Positions 40,738 through 48,540 of a DNA stretch of 64,000 nt are shown here, piece after piece. Each line of letters starts with the position of its first letter. The stretch's first letter is position 1. This stretch comes from an uncultured virus (IMG/VR IMGVR_UViG_3300009130_000017). Taxonomy: Duplodnaviria; Heunggongvirae; Uroviricota; Caudoviricetes. Location of the stretch: the IMG/VR virus record IMGVR_UViG_3300009130_000017, positions 1-64,000 of that record. One strand, written 5' to 3'. Made by a program: the position numbers and the translations under genes. The notes beneath the pieces were generated by a model, which ran no database searches, was not told the DNA's origin, and saw only the letters and a list, made by a program, of their open reading frames with translations.

Positions 40738-42255
40738 ATGTCGACAAATCTTTATAAAGAGGCGATCGCCGAAGCGCAGCAATTAAAGCTGCTAGCGGAG
40801 CAAAACGCTAAAAATAAAATTATAGAGGCACTCACCCCTCGCATTCAAGCGATGGTGGAGTCCCAATTGTTATCAGAGCAGGAAGAAATCCAGCTGGTCG
40901 ACATTGAAGGACCGATAGCTGATGTGGTTCCTGATGAATTAGTAGACGAGGAAGAGGGAGAGATCGAATCTTCCATTCATATCGATAATGCCGATGGTGT
41001 TGTCAACCTTACTGTCTCTGAAACATTCCAAAAGAATTTGGGAAATTTAAAGTCCCAATACACAAACTCTAGGTCTTCCGATCAAAATAAGCTAGCCGAA
41101 AGAATTGCAAGGCTTCGTAGGAAGGTTAGGAGAATGGATGCATTGCTGTCCGGAATAAACGCAACTGCATTATCCGAACAGCAAAAGTCTGTAATTAAAA
41201 AGTCATACCAAAAATTATTGGCGGAAGCCGTAACTTTGCGCTCAGAGGCAATAGTTAGTTCTAGTAACAAGAGTCAAGGCAACCGTCTAGCAATATTCGA
41301 AACATTAAAGGAGATGAATATAATGACTAACAAACGCAGCCGCGCCATCTTCAACCAACTTTTTGAAGCTGGACTCGGCGAATTAGATGAAATGGAATTG
41401 GTCCTCAGTGATGAGGATCTCGAAGCTCTTGGTGTCGAAGACGCTGAAGAAGCGGATGTCGATGCTCTTGATTTAGAGCTTGTCGCTGATGTCGGTGAGG
41501 AAGAAGCCGGTGAAGAGGAAGAAGCCGAAGGTGAGGAAGAAGAAGCTGCCGGTGAAGAAGAAGAAGCCGAAGGTGAGGAAGAGGTCGCCCTTGATCTTGG
41601 AGAGGTTTTTGAAATTGATCCTCGCATGTTGAAGATGGAGCTTCGTAAGCTTCGTAGAATGCGTGAAGCTACTGAGGGAAGTGTTGAAGCTTCCGATATG
41701 GCTGACCAGTTTGGTGGTGGTGAGATTGAAGATGAGTCTTTCATCGATGTTGATGAAGATGATCTCTTGAACGCTCTCGCTGATGAGCTTGGTGATCCTG
41801 GTGTTCCTACCCCAACTGTAGAGTCTCGCCGTCGTCGTGCTAGAGCAAGAAGCCGTAGAAGAATGGCTGAGAGACGCTCCACCCGCCGCAGCGCAACCCG
41901 CCGCAACACAACATCTCAAGTCCGCGAGAATCGTGCTCTTAAGCAGCAGCTCGCAGAAATGAATCTTTTTAACGCAAAACTGCTTTATGTGAATAAACTG
42001 ATGCAAAATCGTAATGTAAGTTCAAAGCAGCAGCGTGCCATAGTCGAGGCTCTTGATAATGCCAAGACAATCCGTGAAGCAAAGCTCGTATACGAAAGTA
42101 TTACTCGTTCGCTTAACAACAAGAAGTCCCTCAGTGAGGGCAAGAGAAGAGTTCTTGGATCTTCTAGTAAGCCGACTCGCAGAGGCTCAGCCGCTGTAAA
42201 TGAGAATGGCCAGACTGATCGATGGGCAAAACTCGCTGGTATTAAAAACAAATAG
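40738..42255 (+). CDS. Prohead scaffolding/core protein (505 aa)
   Basis: Directly upstream of the MCP. Coiled-coil N-terminus, very acidic middle, EMNLFNAKLLYVNKL, C-terminal RWAKLAGI. Confidence 0.8.
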   Translation: MSTNLYKEAIAEAQQLKLLAEQNAKNKIIEALTPRIQAMVESQLLSEQEEIQLVDIEGPIADVVPDELVDEEEGEIESSIHIDNADGVVNLTVSETFQKNLGNLKSQYTNSRSSDQNKLAERIARLRRKVRRMDALLSGINATALSEQQKSVIKKSYQKLLAEAVTLRSEAIVSSSNKSQGNRLAIFETLKEMNIMTNKRSRAIFNQLFEAGLGELDEMELVLSDEDLEALGVEDAEEADVDALDLELVADVGEEEAGEEEEAEGEEEEAAGEEEEAEGEEEVALDLGEVFEIDPRMLKMELRKLRRMREATEGSVEASDMADQFGGGEIEDESFIDVDEDDLLNALADELGDPGVPTPTVESRRRRARARSRRRMAERRSTRRSATRRNTTSQVRENRALKQQLAEMNLFNAKLLYVNKLMQNRNVSSKQQRAIVEALDNAKTIREAKLVYESITRSLNNKKSLSEGKRRVLGSSSKPTRRGSAAVNENGQTDRWAKLAGIKNK

Positions 42256-42285
42256 ACGCTAAATCTTTAAAGGAGAAAAAAGAAA

Positions 42286-44190
42286 ATGTCGAAAAAGTTC
42301 ACACTTGACACACTGACCGAAGGAATTCGTCAGCGTCACCAAGGCGAATCTAACAAGCGCCTTACAGAAAAGTGGGCTCGGACTGGTCTTCTTAGAGGTC
42401 TCGAGAGCGTCCATCGTGAAAACATGGCAACGCTGCTCGAGAACCAAGCTGGACAGATCCTTCGTGAGCAAAACACCCTTGGTGGTGGTGGGCTCCAGCC
42501 TTCTGCGGCTTCCGGAGATATCCGGGGCTTTACTAACATCGCTTTCCCAATCGTTCGCCGAGTCTTCGGTGGTCTGGTTGCTAACGAGTTAGTTTCAATC
42601 CAACCTATGAGCCTTCCTTCTGGACTGCTCTTCTATCTTGACTACACCTACGGTACAAACGTCGGCGGTGAAAATGATGGTATCGGTTCTGCAAGCAAGA
42701 ACACATACGATGCTGGACAGTCAATTTATAATAACCCTGCTGGTATGGGTGTTCGTTCCGGGTCTCTCGGTACCGGTGGTCAGTATGACCTCGCTGGTTC
42801 TGGCTACTCTCGCGTTCACACCGGCTCTAACTTGACCCTTGGTAACAAGAACGCATTCGTTCTCGGTACCGCGTCTGCCCAGAGCCGTTCAACAACAGTC
42901 TCGGGCGGTGCTGGTTCAACCGGTGCTGATGGTCGTTTCCTTCAGTTTGACCCACAGGTCTCCCAACTGATCGATGATGATAGCAACCCTTACTTCTTCG
43001 TTACCGTTGATCTTGGCGCCCTTGGCTCCAACTTCGACGTAACAGCTGTTAAGGAAGCTGCTCTCGTATTGACTGGTTCTTCGTTGAACTCCGCATCTGA
43101 CATGGCTGTTCCTGGCGAGATATTCCAGGGTGGTCAGGGAGTATACAATATCCGTCGTCTTAACCAGCTTATTAAGTCTGGTACTAAGTCTGGTCCGGTT
43201 TCTCCCGATCCAATGGCTACAGCACAGAAGGCTAAGTCTGCTCTTCTGATGGTTGTTTCTGGAACTGCTCTTGGAAGTGGAGATTATTCAAGCTTCCGTC
43301 TTACCTATCCCAAGACCAACACACTGAGTGTTGATTCCTCTGATGGCGACACTCTCGTTGTTCCTGTCTTCGAGTCCAACTTCAGTCAGACAAACGCGCA
43401 GCCTCAGATTCCTGAGATTGACATCAAGATCGAAGCGATCTCGGTTGTTGCTCAGACTCGTAAGCTCCGCGCTCGTTGGTCACCAGAACTCGCACAGGAC
43501 TTGAATGCTTACCACAGCCTTGACGCTGAGGTTGAGCTTACTCAAATCCTCTCTGAGCAGATTGCTCTTGAGATCGACCGCGAGATCCTCAACGACCTCC
43601 TTATGCAGGCCGATACGAACTACTACTGGAGCCGTAAGCCCGGCGACTTCGTTAACAAGAAGTCTGGTGCTGCTGCTGTCAAGGCATCTTCCCTCGCTGG
43701 TGGACCCGCCTTTACCGGTACTGTTCGCGAATGGTACGAGACTCTTGTCGAGACCATTATCGATGTTGCTAACGAGATTCACCGTAAGACCCTTCGTGGT
43801 TCTGCAAACTTCATCGTTGTTTCCCCTGATGTTGCTACTGTCCTTGAAGCCTCCGTGCTTTACAAGCCAGTTTACAGCATCGACGGCGACGGTCAAGTTG
43901 CTCCCGGTATGAGTCTTGGAGCCGAGAAGGTTGGTACACTGAGCAACCGTTTCACAGTCTACAAGGACCCCTACTTCCCACGCAACAAGATTCTTGTTGG
44001 ATACAAGGGTGGTAGCTACCTCGAGACTGGGTATGTATATGCTCCTTACGTGCCACTGATCGTTACTCCTACTATCTTCGCTCCCGAAGACTTCACTCCT
44101 CGCAAGGGCGTGATGACTCGGTACGGCAAGAAGATGGTACGTTCCGACTTCTACGGTACAGTAACATGCCTTGGTATGGACGTCATCTAA
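42286..44190 (+). CDS. Major capsid protein (T4 gp23-like, HK97 fold) with large insertion
   Basis: FPIVRRVF, VSIQPMSLPSGLLFYLD, TRKLRARWSPELAQDLNAYH, EIDREIL, GYVYAPYVPL, FTPRKGVMTRYG. AAGGAG SD and strong codon bias. Confidence 0.96.
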   Translation: MSKKFTLDTLTEGIRQRHQGESNKRLTEKWARTGLLRGLESVHRENMATLLENQAGQILREQNTLGGGGLQPSAASGDIRGFTNIAFPIVRRVFGGLVANELVSIQPMSLPSGLLFYLDYTYGTNVGGENDGIGSASKNTYDAGQSIYNNPAGMGVRSGSLGTGGQYDLAGSGYSRVHTGSNLTLGNKNAFVLGTASAQSRSTTVSGGAGSTGADGRFLQFDPQVSQLIDDDSNPYFFVTVDLGALGSNFDVTAVKEAALVLTGSSLNSASDMAVPGEIFQGGQGVYNIRRLNQLIKSGTKSGPVSPDPMATAQKAKSALLMVVSGTALGSGDYSSFRLTYPKTNTLSVDSSDGDTLVVPVFESNFSQTNAQPQIPEIDIKIEAISVVAQTRKLRARWSPELAQDLNAYHSLDAEVELTQILSEQIALEIDREILNDLLMQADTNYYWSRKPGDFVNKKSGAAAVKASSLAGGPAFTGTVREWYETLVETIIDVANEIHRKTLRGSANFIVVSPDVATVLEASVLYKPVYSIDGDGQVAPGMSLGAEKVGTLSNRFTVYKDPYFPRNKILVGYKGGSYLETGYVYAPYVPLIVTPTIFAPEDFTPRKGVMTRYGKKMVRSDFYGTVTCLGMDVI

Positions 44191-44217
44191 TCTGATTAGA
44201 CGAAGTCATTATTATTC

Positions 44218-44253
44218 AGGGGCGGTCCTTTCGGGGTCCGCCCCTTTTATTTT
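44218..44253 (+). terminator. Rho-independent terminator after MCP
   Basis: GGGGCGGTCCT-TTCG-GGGTCCGCCCC stem (one mismatch) followed by TTTTATTTT. Confidence 0.85.
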
Positions 44254-44282
44254 GGTAATTCAAGCGCTTGTGTTATATTTAA

Positions 44283-44350
44283 TGGCAAGCCCCTAGCACG
44301 GACATAAGGCGGACCCCACACGCTAGCTAGGGAATCATGTGGACAAGTAA
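44283..44350 (+). other. Candidate structured 5' leader RNA (pseudoknot-capable, GGA-rich)
   Basis: CCCTAGC/GCTAGGG stem; loop CCACA complementary to downstream TGTGG; GC-rich island in an AT-rich spacer. Confidence 0.4.
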
Positions 44351-44375
44351 CTCTATAATAAAAAAGGAGAAAATT

Positions 44376-44837
44376 ATGCCGAAAATACTAGTAACAGCCG
44401 CAAAGGGCTTGTACCAAAACACCGGAACAGCTGGTGCAACAGGTACGAACGGAACACTCTCGGGTCACCGTTCAATGGTCGAAACACTAACAGCCAACAA
44501 GACACTGGATGCAGAAGATAGTGGAAAAGTTTTCCTCATCGCCACAGACAGCTTGACAATAACACTTCCTGCCACAAAGTCTGGGCTGGATTATACATTC
44601 GTCAACAGCGGCGGCGATGGAAATAACATCATTACAATCAGCCCGAACGCAAGTGACGCCCTCCACGGAACGATCACTTTAGCTGCTTCGGTTGTTGAAT
44701 TGTCGGGTACTGACGATAAAGACCTTATCAACACCAAGGCCACTGCAAACACCGGTGATATGGTGAGAATAGTCGGTGATGGTTCCGCAGGATGGTATGT
44801 CGTAGGATCTACTGGAATCTGGGCTAGCGAGGCATAG
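44376..44837 (+). CDS. Probable capsid decoration/head-fibre protein (153 aa)
   Basis: ATG 44376 with AAGGAG SD, preferred to 44337. TLTANKTLDAEDSGKVF..TITLPA...YTFV beta motif is typical of fibre/decoration domains; follows the MCP. Confidence 0.6.
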   Translation: MPKILVTAAKGLYQNTGTAGATGTNGTLSGHRSMVETLTANKTLDAEDSGKVFLIATDSLTITLPATKSGLDYTFVNSGGDGNNIITISPNASDALHGTITLAASVVELSGTDDKDLINTKATANTGDMVRIVGDGSAGWYVVGSTGIWASEA

Positions 44838-44878
44838 ACCGATCAAATTTAGACCCTATATAAACGATTAGCAAAACT

Positions 44879-44907
44879 AAATGCCGCCCTCCGGGGCGGC
44901 ATTTTTT
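44879..44907 (+). terminator. Rho-independent terminator
   Basis: AAATGCCGCCC-TCCG-GGGCGGCATTT followed by further Ts. Confidence 0.88.
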
Positions 44908-44962
44908 ACTTTACTGTTGTGATTGTTATGTTATATTGTAATTTCCTGGAGGATAGGACGAC

Positions 44963-45205
44963 ATGGCAACTACGAGCAAGGCAACTACGCCTAAGGCAAC
45001 GACAAAGAAAACGACGACCCGAAAGACTACCACAAACCCAACACCTGCGAAGCAAACTCAGGTGACGAACACTTCAGATAGTCGGATTGAAGCTCTTGAA
45101 AATCGGGTTAAAGCTCTTGAAACTAGAAATGTCAAGATCTTAAATCTTTTGCGCAAGTCCGCAAACATTCGAGATTGGCAACTTACCGAGGCTGGTCTAC
45201 ACTAG
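44963..45205 (+). CDS. Small basic protein (80 aa), Lys/Thr-rich N-terminus and short coiled coil
   Basis: GGAGG/AGGA upstream; KATTPKATTKKTTTRKTTT then IEALENRVKALE. Confidence 0.7.
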   Translation: MATTSKATTPKATTKKTTTRKTTTNPTPAKQTQVTNTSDSRIEALENRVKALETRNVKILNLLRKSANIRDWQLTEAGLH

Positions 45206-45241
45206 AGCTAGCTTTCGCTTGCGCTTCGAAGAAGACATTTG

Positions 45242-45272
45242 TCACCCTACATAATAGTTATCAGTAGGGTGA
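45242..45272 (+). promoter_or_regulatory. SD-sequestering hairpin with late-promoter-like motif in its loop
   Basis: TCACCCTAC (45242-45250) is the exact reverse complement of GTAGGGTGA (45264-45272). The loop contains ATAGTTA (45254); ATG at 45276. Confidence 0.65.
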
Positions 45273-45275
45273 TGA

Positions 45276-46451
45276 ATGTCTTCTTTTGCTTATACTAAAA
45301 ATCCAACTCCTTTTAGCTTTTTTGATACTGATACCGAGTTCCAGACAGAAGCTGATGCTATGGTTTCGTTTGTCAAGAGAAAGTTAGGCGATGATATTCT
45401 CAGTGTTGAGCTAACAAAAAAGCAGATGTGGGCATGCTTTGAAGAGTCTTTTCTGGAATATGGCCGCATAATCAATGAAGCAGACGCAAAGTCACAGTTG
45501 GCAAATCTTCTTGGATACACAACTGGAAGTAATAAGACTGGACTTTTTCCAAAACAGAATCTCGAATTCCTTCTTCGAATGGCAGAACCATATTCTATGG
45601 AAGCTGGAATTGGTGGGTCTTATAACGAGGTTTCCGGCTCGATTCAGTTGGAATATAAACGACAAGACTATAATATATACGATGAGCTAAAAGATGGTGA
45701 TGGGAATCTTATTGTTTCAAGCAGTAGAAATTCTCCTCGTACAAAAATGAGGATCAAGGAAGTTTTCCACTTCAGCCCCCAGGCAGCCTATAGATTCTTC
45801 GATACGACGTCAGCTGTCAATTATCTTAATAATGAATTCAGTTTTGAGTCGTTTACTCCTGAGACGATTTTTTACGTCTTACCAGTCTTTGAAGATGTTC
45901 TCCGCGCTGGCCAGATGGACATATCGAACCGTGTAAGAAAATCAAATTATTCTTATAGAATTATTGGTGAAAGGATTCGAATTTATCCAATGCCTACTGA
46001 GCTGACTGGGTCAAATAACCCAATGAAGCTTTGGATTCGAGTCGCGTTTGCGCCGAATCCGTATGATCCTGACATTCAGGATGATACGATTTATGGGACG
46101 TCTAATCTGTCGAATGTTCCTTTTGGGCGGATGAGCTATAAACATACCAATTCTGTTGGCCGACAGTGGGTTCGGGAATATACACTTGCTTTGTGTAAAG
46201 AGCTTTTAGGGTTAGTCCGTTCTAAATTTGCCACTGTTCCTATACCGTCTGGTGACTTGAATCTCAACGGAGCTGATCTAGTTTCGCAAGGTCGCGAAGA
46301 CCAGACAAGGTTAAGAGACCAGCTCGTGGAATTACTTGACAGCTTAACTTATAGCAAACTCTTAGAAGGACAAGCTACAGATGCAGAAAATATTATGAGA
46401 GCCCTGAAGGCAATGCCAATGCCGCTGGGTAAATCTATCGTTATTAAGTGA
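45276..46451 (+). CDS. Neck/head-tail adaptor protein (T4 gp13-like)
   Basis: VKRKLG..LSVELT, WVREYTLALCKELLGLVRSKF...P.G.LNLNG; position after the capsid genes. Confidence 0.8.
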   Translation: MSSFAYTKNPTPFSFFDTDTEFQTEADAMVSFVKRKLGDDILSVELTKKQMWACFEESFLEYGRIINEADAKSQLANLLGYTTGSNKTGLFPKQNLEFLLRMAEPYSMEAGIGGSYNEVSGSIQLEYKRQDYNIYDELKDGDGNLIVSSSRNSPRTKMRIKEVFHFSPQAAYRFFDTTSAVNYLNNEFSFESFTPETIFYVLPVFEDVLRAGQMDISNRVRKSNYSYRIIGERIRIYPMPTELTGSNNPMKLWIRVAFAPNPYDPDIQDDTIYGTSNLSNVPFGRMSYKHTNSVGRQWVREYTLALCKELLGLVRSKFATVPIPSGDLNLNGADLVSQGREDQTRLRDQLVELLDSLTYSKLLEGQATDAENIMRALKAMPMPLGKSIVIK

Positions 46452-46461
46452 GGGTTGAAAG

Positions 46462-47136
46462 ATGGCAAGACTCTTTATAACTCCGCGCGAACAAGATCTT
46501 ATCTCTGATTTGACTAAAGAGATAATGAAAGATGTAGTGGGTCAGAAGGTCTACTATTACGCTGTTCGTACAGACGTGACGCAAATTCATGATGTTTATG
46601 AAGAAGCTATCGACAAATATTTCGATCCGCCACTGGAAATAGAGGCCCAAGTTTTATGGTCTCCACAGACAGTGGTTACTAATCGTTTCGGTTCTGAGCA
46701 ACTTTATACAATAGAAGTGTATCTTCACTACAAAGACTTAATAGATAGAGATATAGACGTTCAAGAGGGCGATTACTTTTCATACGGTGAAACGTTCTTT
46801 GAAATTACCTCCCTCACATGGCAGTCTAATATCTACGGAGAGATTGAATATATGACAGGCGTTAAGCTTCTTGGGAAGCAAGCCAGAAAAGGACTTATTG
46901 ATAAACCCCCGATTGGTCCTACTGATGAAGGCTATTATCCAGGAGATCCCGACGCTATCCAACGCACGTTTATTCAACAGAGAGGCTTTGCTGAAAATGC
47001 CGAAGGTCCCACCGGTGATAAGCGCGCATTAATTGAACAAGGAAAGTTGCAACTACCCCCCGAGCCAGCTCCGGCTGAGGTATCACCAGAGGGTTCTCCA
47101 GGTGAGATAAGTTCATCTTTCTACGACGAGAGTTAA
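46462..47136 (+). CDS. Neck/head-closure protein (T4 gp14-like)
   Basis: VYYYAV, DVYEEA..KYFDPP, EGDYFSYGETFFEI; synteny. Confidence 0.7.
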   Translation: MARLFITPREQDLISDLTKEIMKDVVGQKVYYYAVRTDVTQIHDVYEEAIDKYFDPPLEIEAQVLWSPQTVVTNRFGSEQLYTIEVYLHYKDLIDRDIDVQEGDYFSYGETFFEITSLTWQSNIYGEIEYMTGVKLLGKQARKGLIDKPPIGPTDEGYYPGDPDAIQRTFIQQRGFAENAEGPTGDKRALIEQGKLQLPPEPAPAEVSPEGSPGEISSSFYDES

Positions 47137-47137
47137 T

Positions 47138-48466
47138 ATGGCGACAAGATATTCTTTAACAAAAGGGCAGTATCAGACAGTCGATTCCGGCTATGATAAT
47201 GGTGATGAAGCTAATGACTTCACAATGCCCTCTTGTACCATAGAAGACGTCGACCGCGGTGTTTTTGAGCTCTTTAATAAGGAATTACCTCTTTTCTACA
47301 AAAGAAAAGACCAGCAGAAGCGTATCCCCGTAATTTTCGCAACAGGTGAAAGATTTGCTATTCTTGCTAGAAATAAGCCATTACGAGACAAGTCCAATGC
47401 GCTGATTTTACCCTTAATATCAGTTATAAGAACCGGTATTGATCAAGAAGGTGCAAAAGGAGCTGGTCAATTTCAGGGCGGACCAATTACGGTAAAAGTG
47501 AAATTAAGCGAAGATGATTTGAGGTATCAAAGGTTACAAAACATTCATGGTTTCAAAAATTCGGACGAGTCCGCTATTGGAGCTTTTGCTAACCAGGATG
47601 ATGGAGATGGTGGGGGAACCACCAACGGTCGCCTTGCCACTAGAAGAGCTGCACCGTCCGTGACAGTCTCAAGCCGCCGCGGCACGCTCTTAACTCCTAA
47701 TCTTCGAAAGAATTTGGTAGAAATGATTCAGATCCCCCCTATCAAACAATACACTGCCACTTATGAAATTACGTTTTGGACACAATATACTCAAGAGATG
47801 AATTCAATGATCAATGTTTTGATGGGTGGGTATGTTGAGAATAGAAGACGAACATTTGTGATTGAAACAGAGACTGGGTATAGATTCTCTGCGTTTGTCG
47901 ACGCCGCGCTGACACCACAGAATAATTTTGATGATTTTACAGATGCAGAGAGATTAGTCAAATATAATTTCACAATGAGTGTAGCAGCTTATATGGTTGT
48001 AGCACAAGAGCCCGGAATGCCAGTGCCGTTTAGAAAAACAGTGTCTTCCCCTGATGTTCAATTTGGCGTAAGCCAAAATATTGGCGGCATTCCGGCCAGC
48101 CCACCACCCGCCGGTATCCCATCAGGAGATCCAATGGCATGGATTTTTGCAGGTGTCACACCAGCTGATGAAGGGAATCCCCCGGCAGGAATAGGGGCAC
48201 CGAAGGGCGCAGGGGCAATAGGTGGGTTCCCCGGTACCCCGACAGTTGAAGTGGGAGGACAGTCAGCGGCAAATCTTGCAGGTCCAGCGAGATTAACGAG
48301 TCCGAAGACTATAATTACAAGTATTAACCCCTTTACAGGAAAGAAAGAGCATCTCGAAATCATGATTTCAAGTGCAGATCCCAAAACGGGAGAAGCAGTT
48401 TTTAAGTTTAGTAAGAAGTCACCCAGTGGCATTGCTATTGATCTTGGGAAACTACTCAAAGATTGA
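47138..48466 (+). CDS. Tail terminator/sheath stabiliser (T4 gp15-like) with Pro/Gly-rich extension
   Basis: IPVIFATGERF, LPLISVIRTGI, YEITFWTQYTQEMN; position before the sheath genes. Confidence 0.7.
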   Translation: MATRYSLTKGQYQTVDSGYDNGDEANDFTMPSCTIEDVDRGVFELFNKELPLFYKRKDQQKRIPVIFATGERFAILARNKPLRDKSNALILPLISVIRTGIDQEGAKGAGQFQGGPITVKVKLSEDDLRYQRLQNIHGFKNSDESAIGAFANQDDGDGGGTTNGRLATRRAAPSVTVSSRRGTLLTPNLRKNLVEMIQIPPIKQYTATYEITFWTQYTQEMNSMINVLMGGYVENRRRTFVIETETGYRFSAFVDAALTPQNNFDDFTDAERLVKYNFTMSVAAYMVVAQEPGMPVPFRKTVSSPDVQFGVSQNIGGIPASPPPAGIPSGDPMAWIFAGVTPADEGNPPAGIGAPKGAGAIGGFPGTPTVEVGGQSAANLAGPARLTSPKTIITSINPFTGKKEHLEIMISSADPKTGEAVFKFSKKSPSGIAIDLGKLLKD

Positions 48467-48500
48467 TAAAGCTATATGAGACATTTAGGCATCGTACGAA

Positions 48501-48507
48501 ATAGTTA
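48501..48507 (+). promoter_or_regulatory. Representative ATANTTA late-promoter-like motif (14 copies listed in findings)
   Basis: ATAGTTA precedes sheath 1 (48501), sheath 2 (51797) and tube (54981); ATACTTA precedes the scaffold (40701) and tape measure (57027). Confidence 0.6.
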
Positions 48508-48540
48508 TTTGTGATATAGAAGATCCAGGAGACCCGACTC

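Noticed and set aside
33252..44190. Inteins or introns in terminase, portal or MCP
   Set aside because: Motifs are contiguous. I saw no intein splice-junction pattern or homing endonuclease motif, and the extra length is low-complexity or surface insertion.
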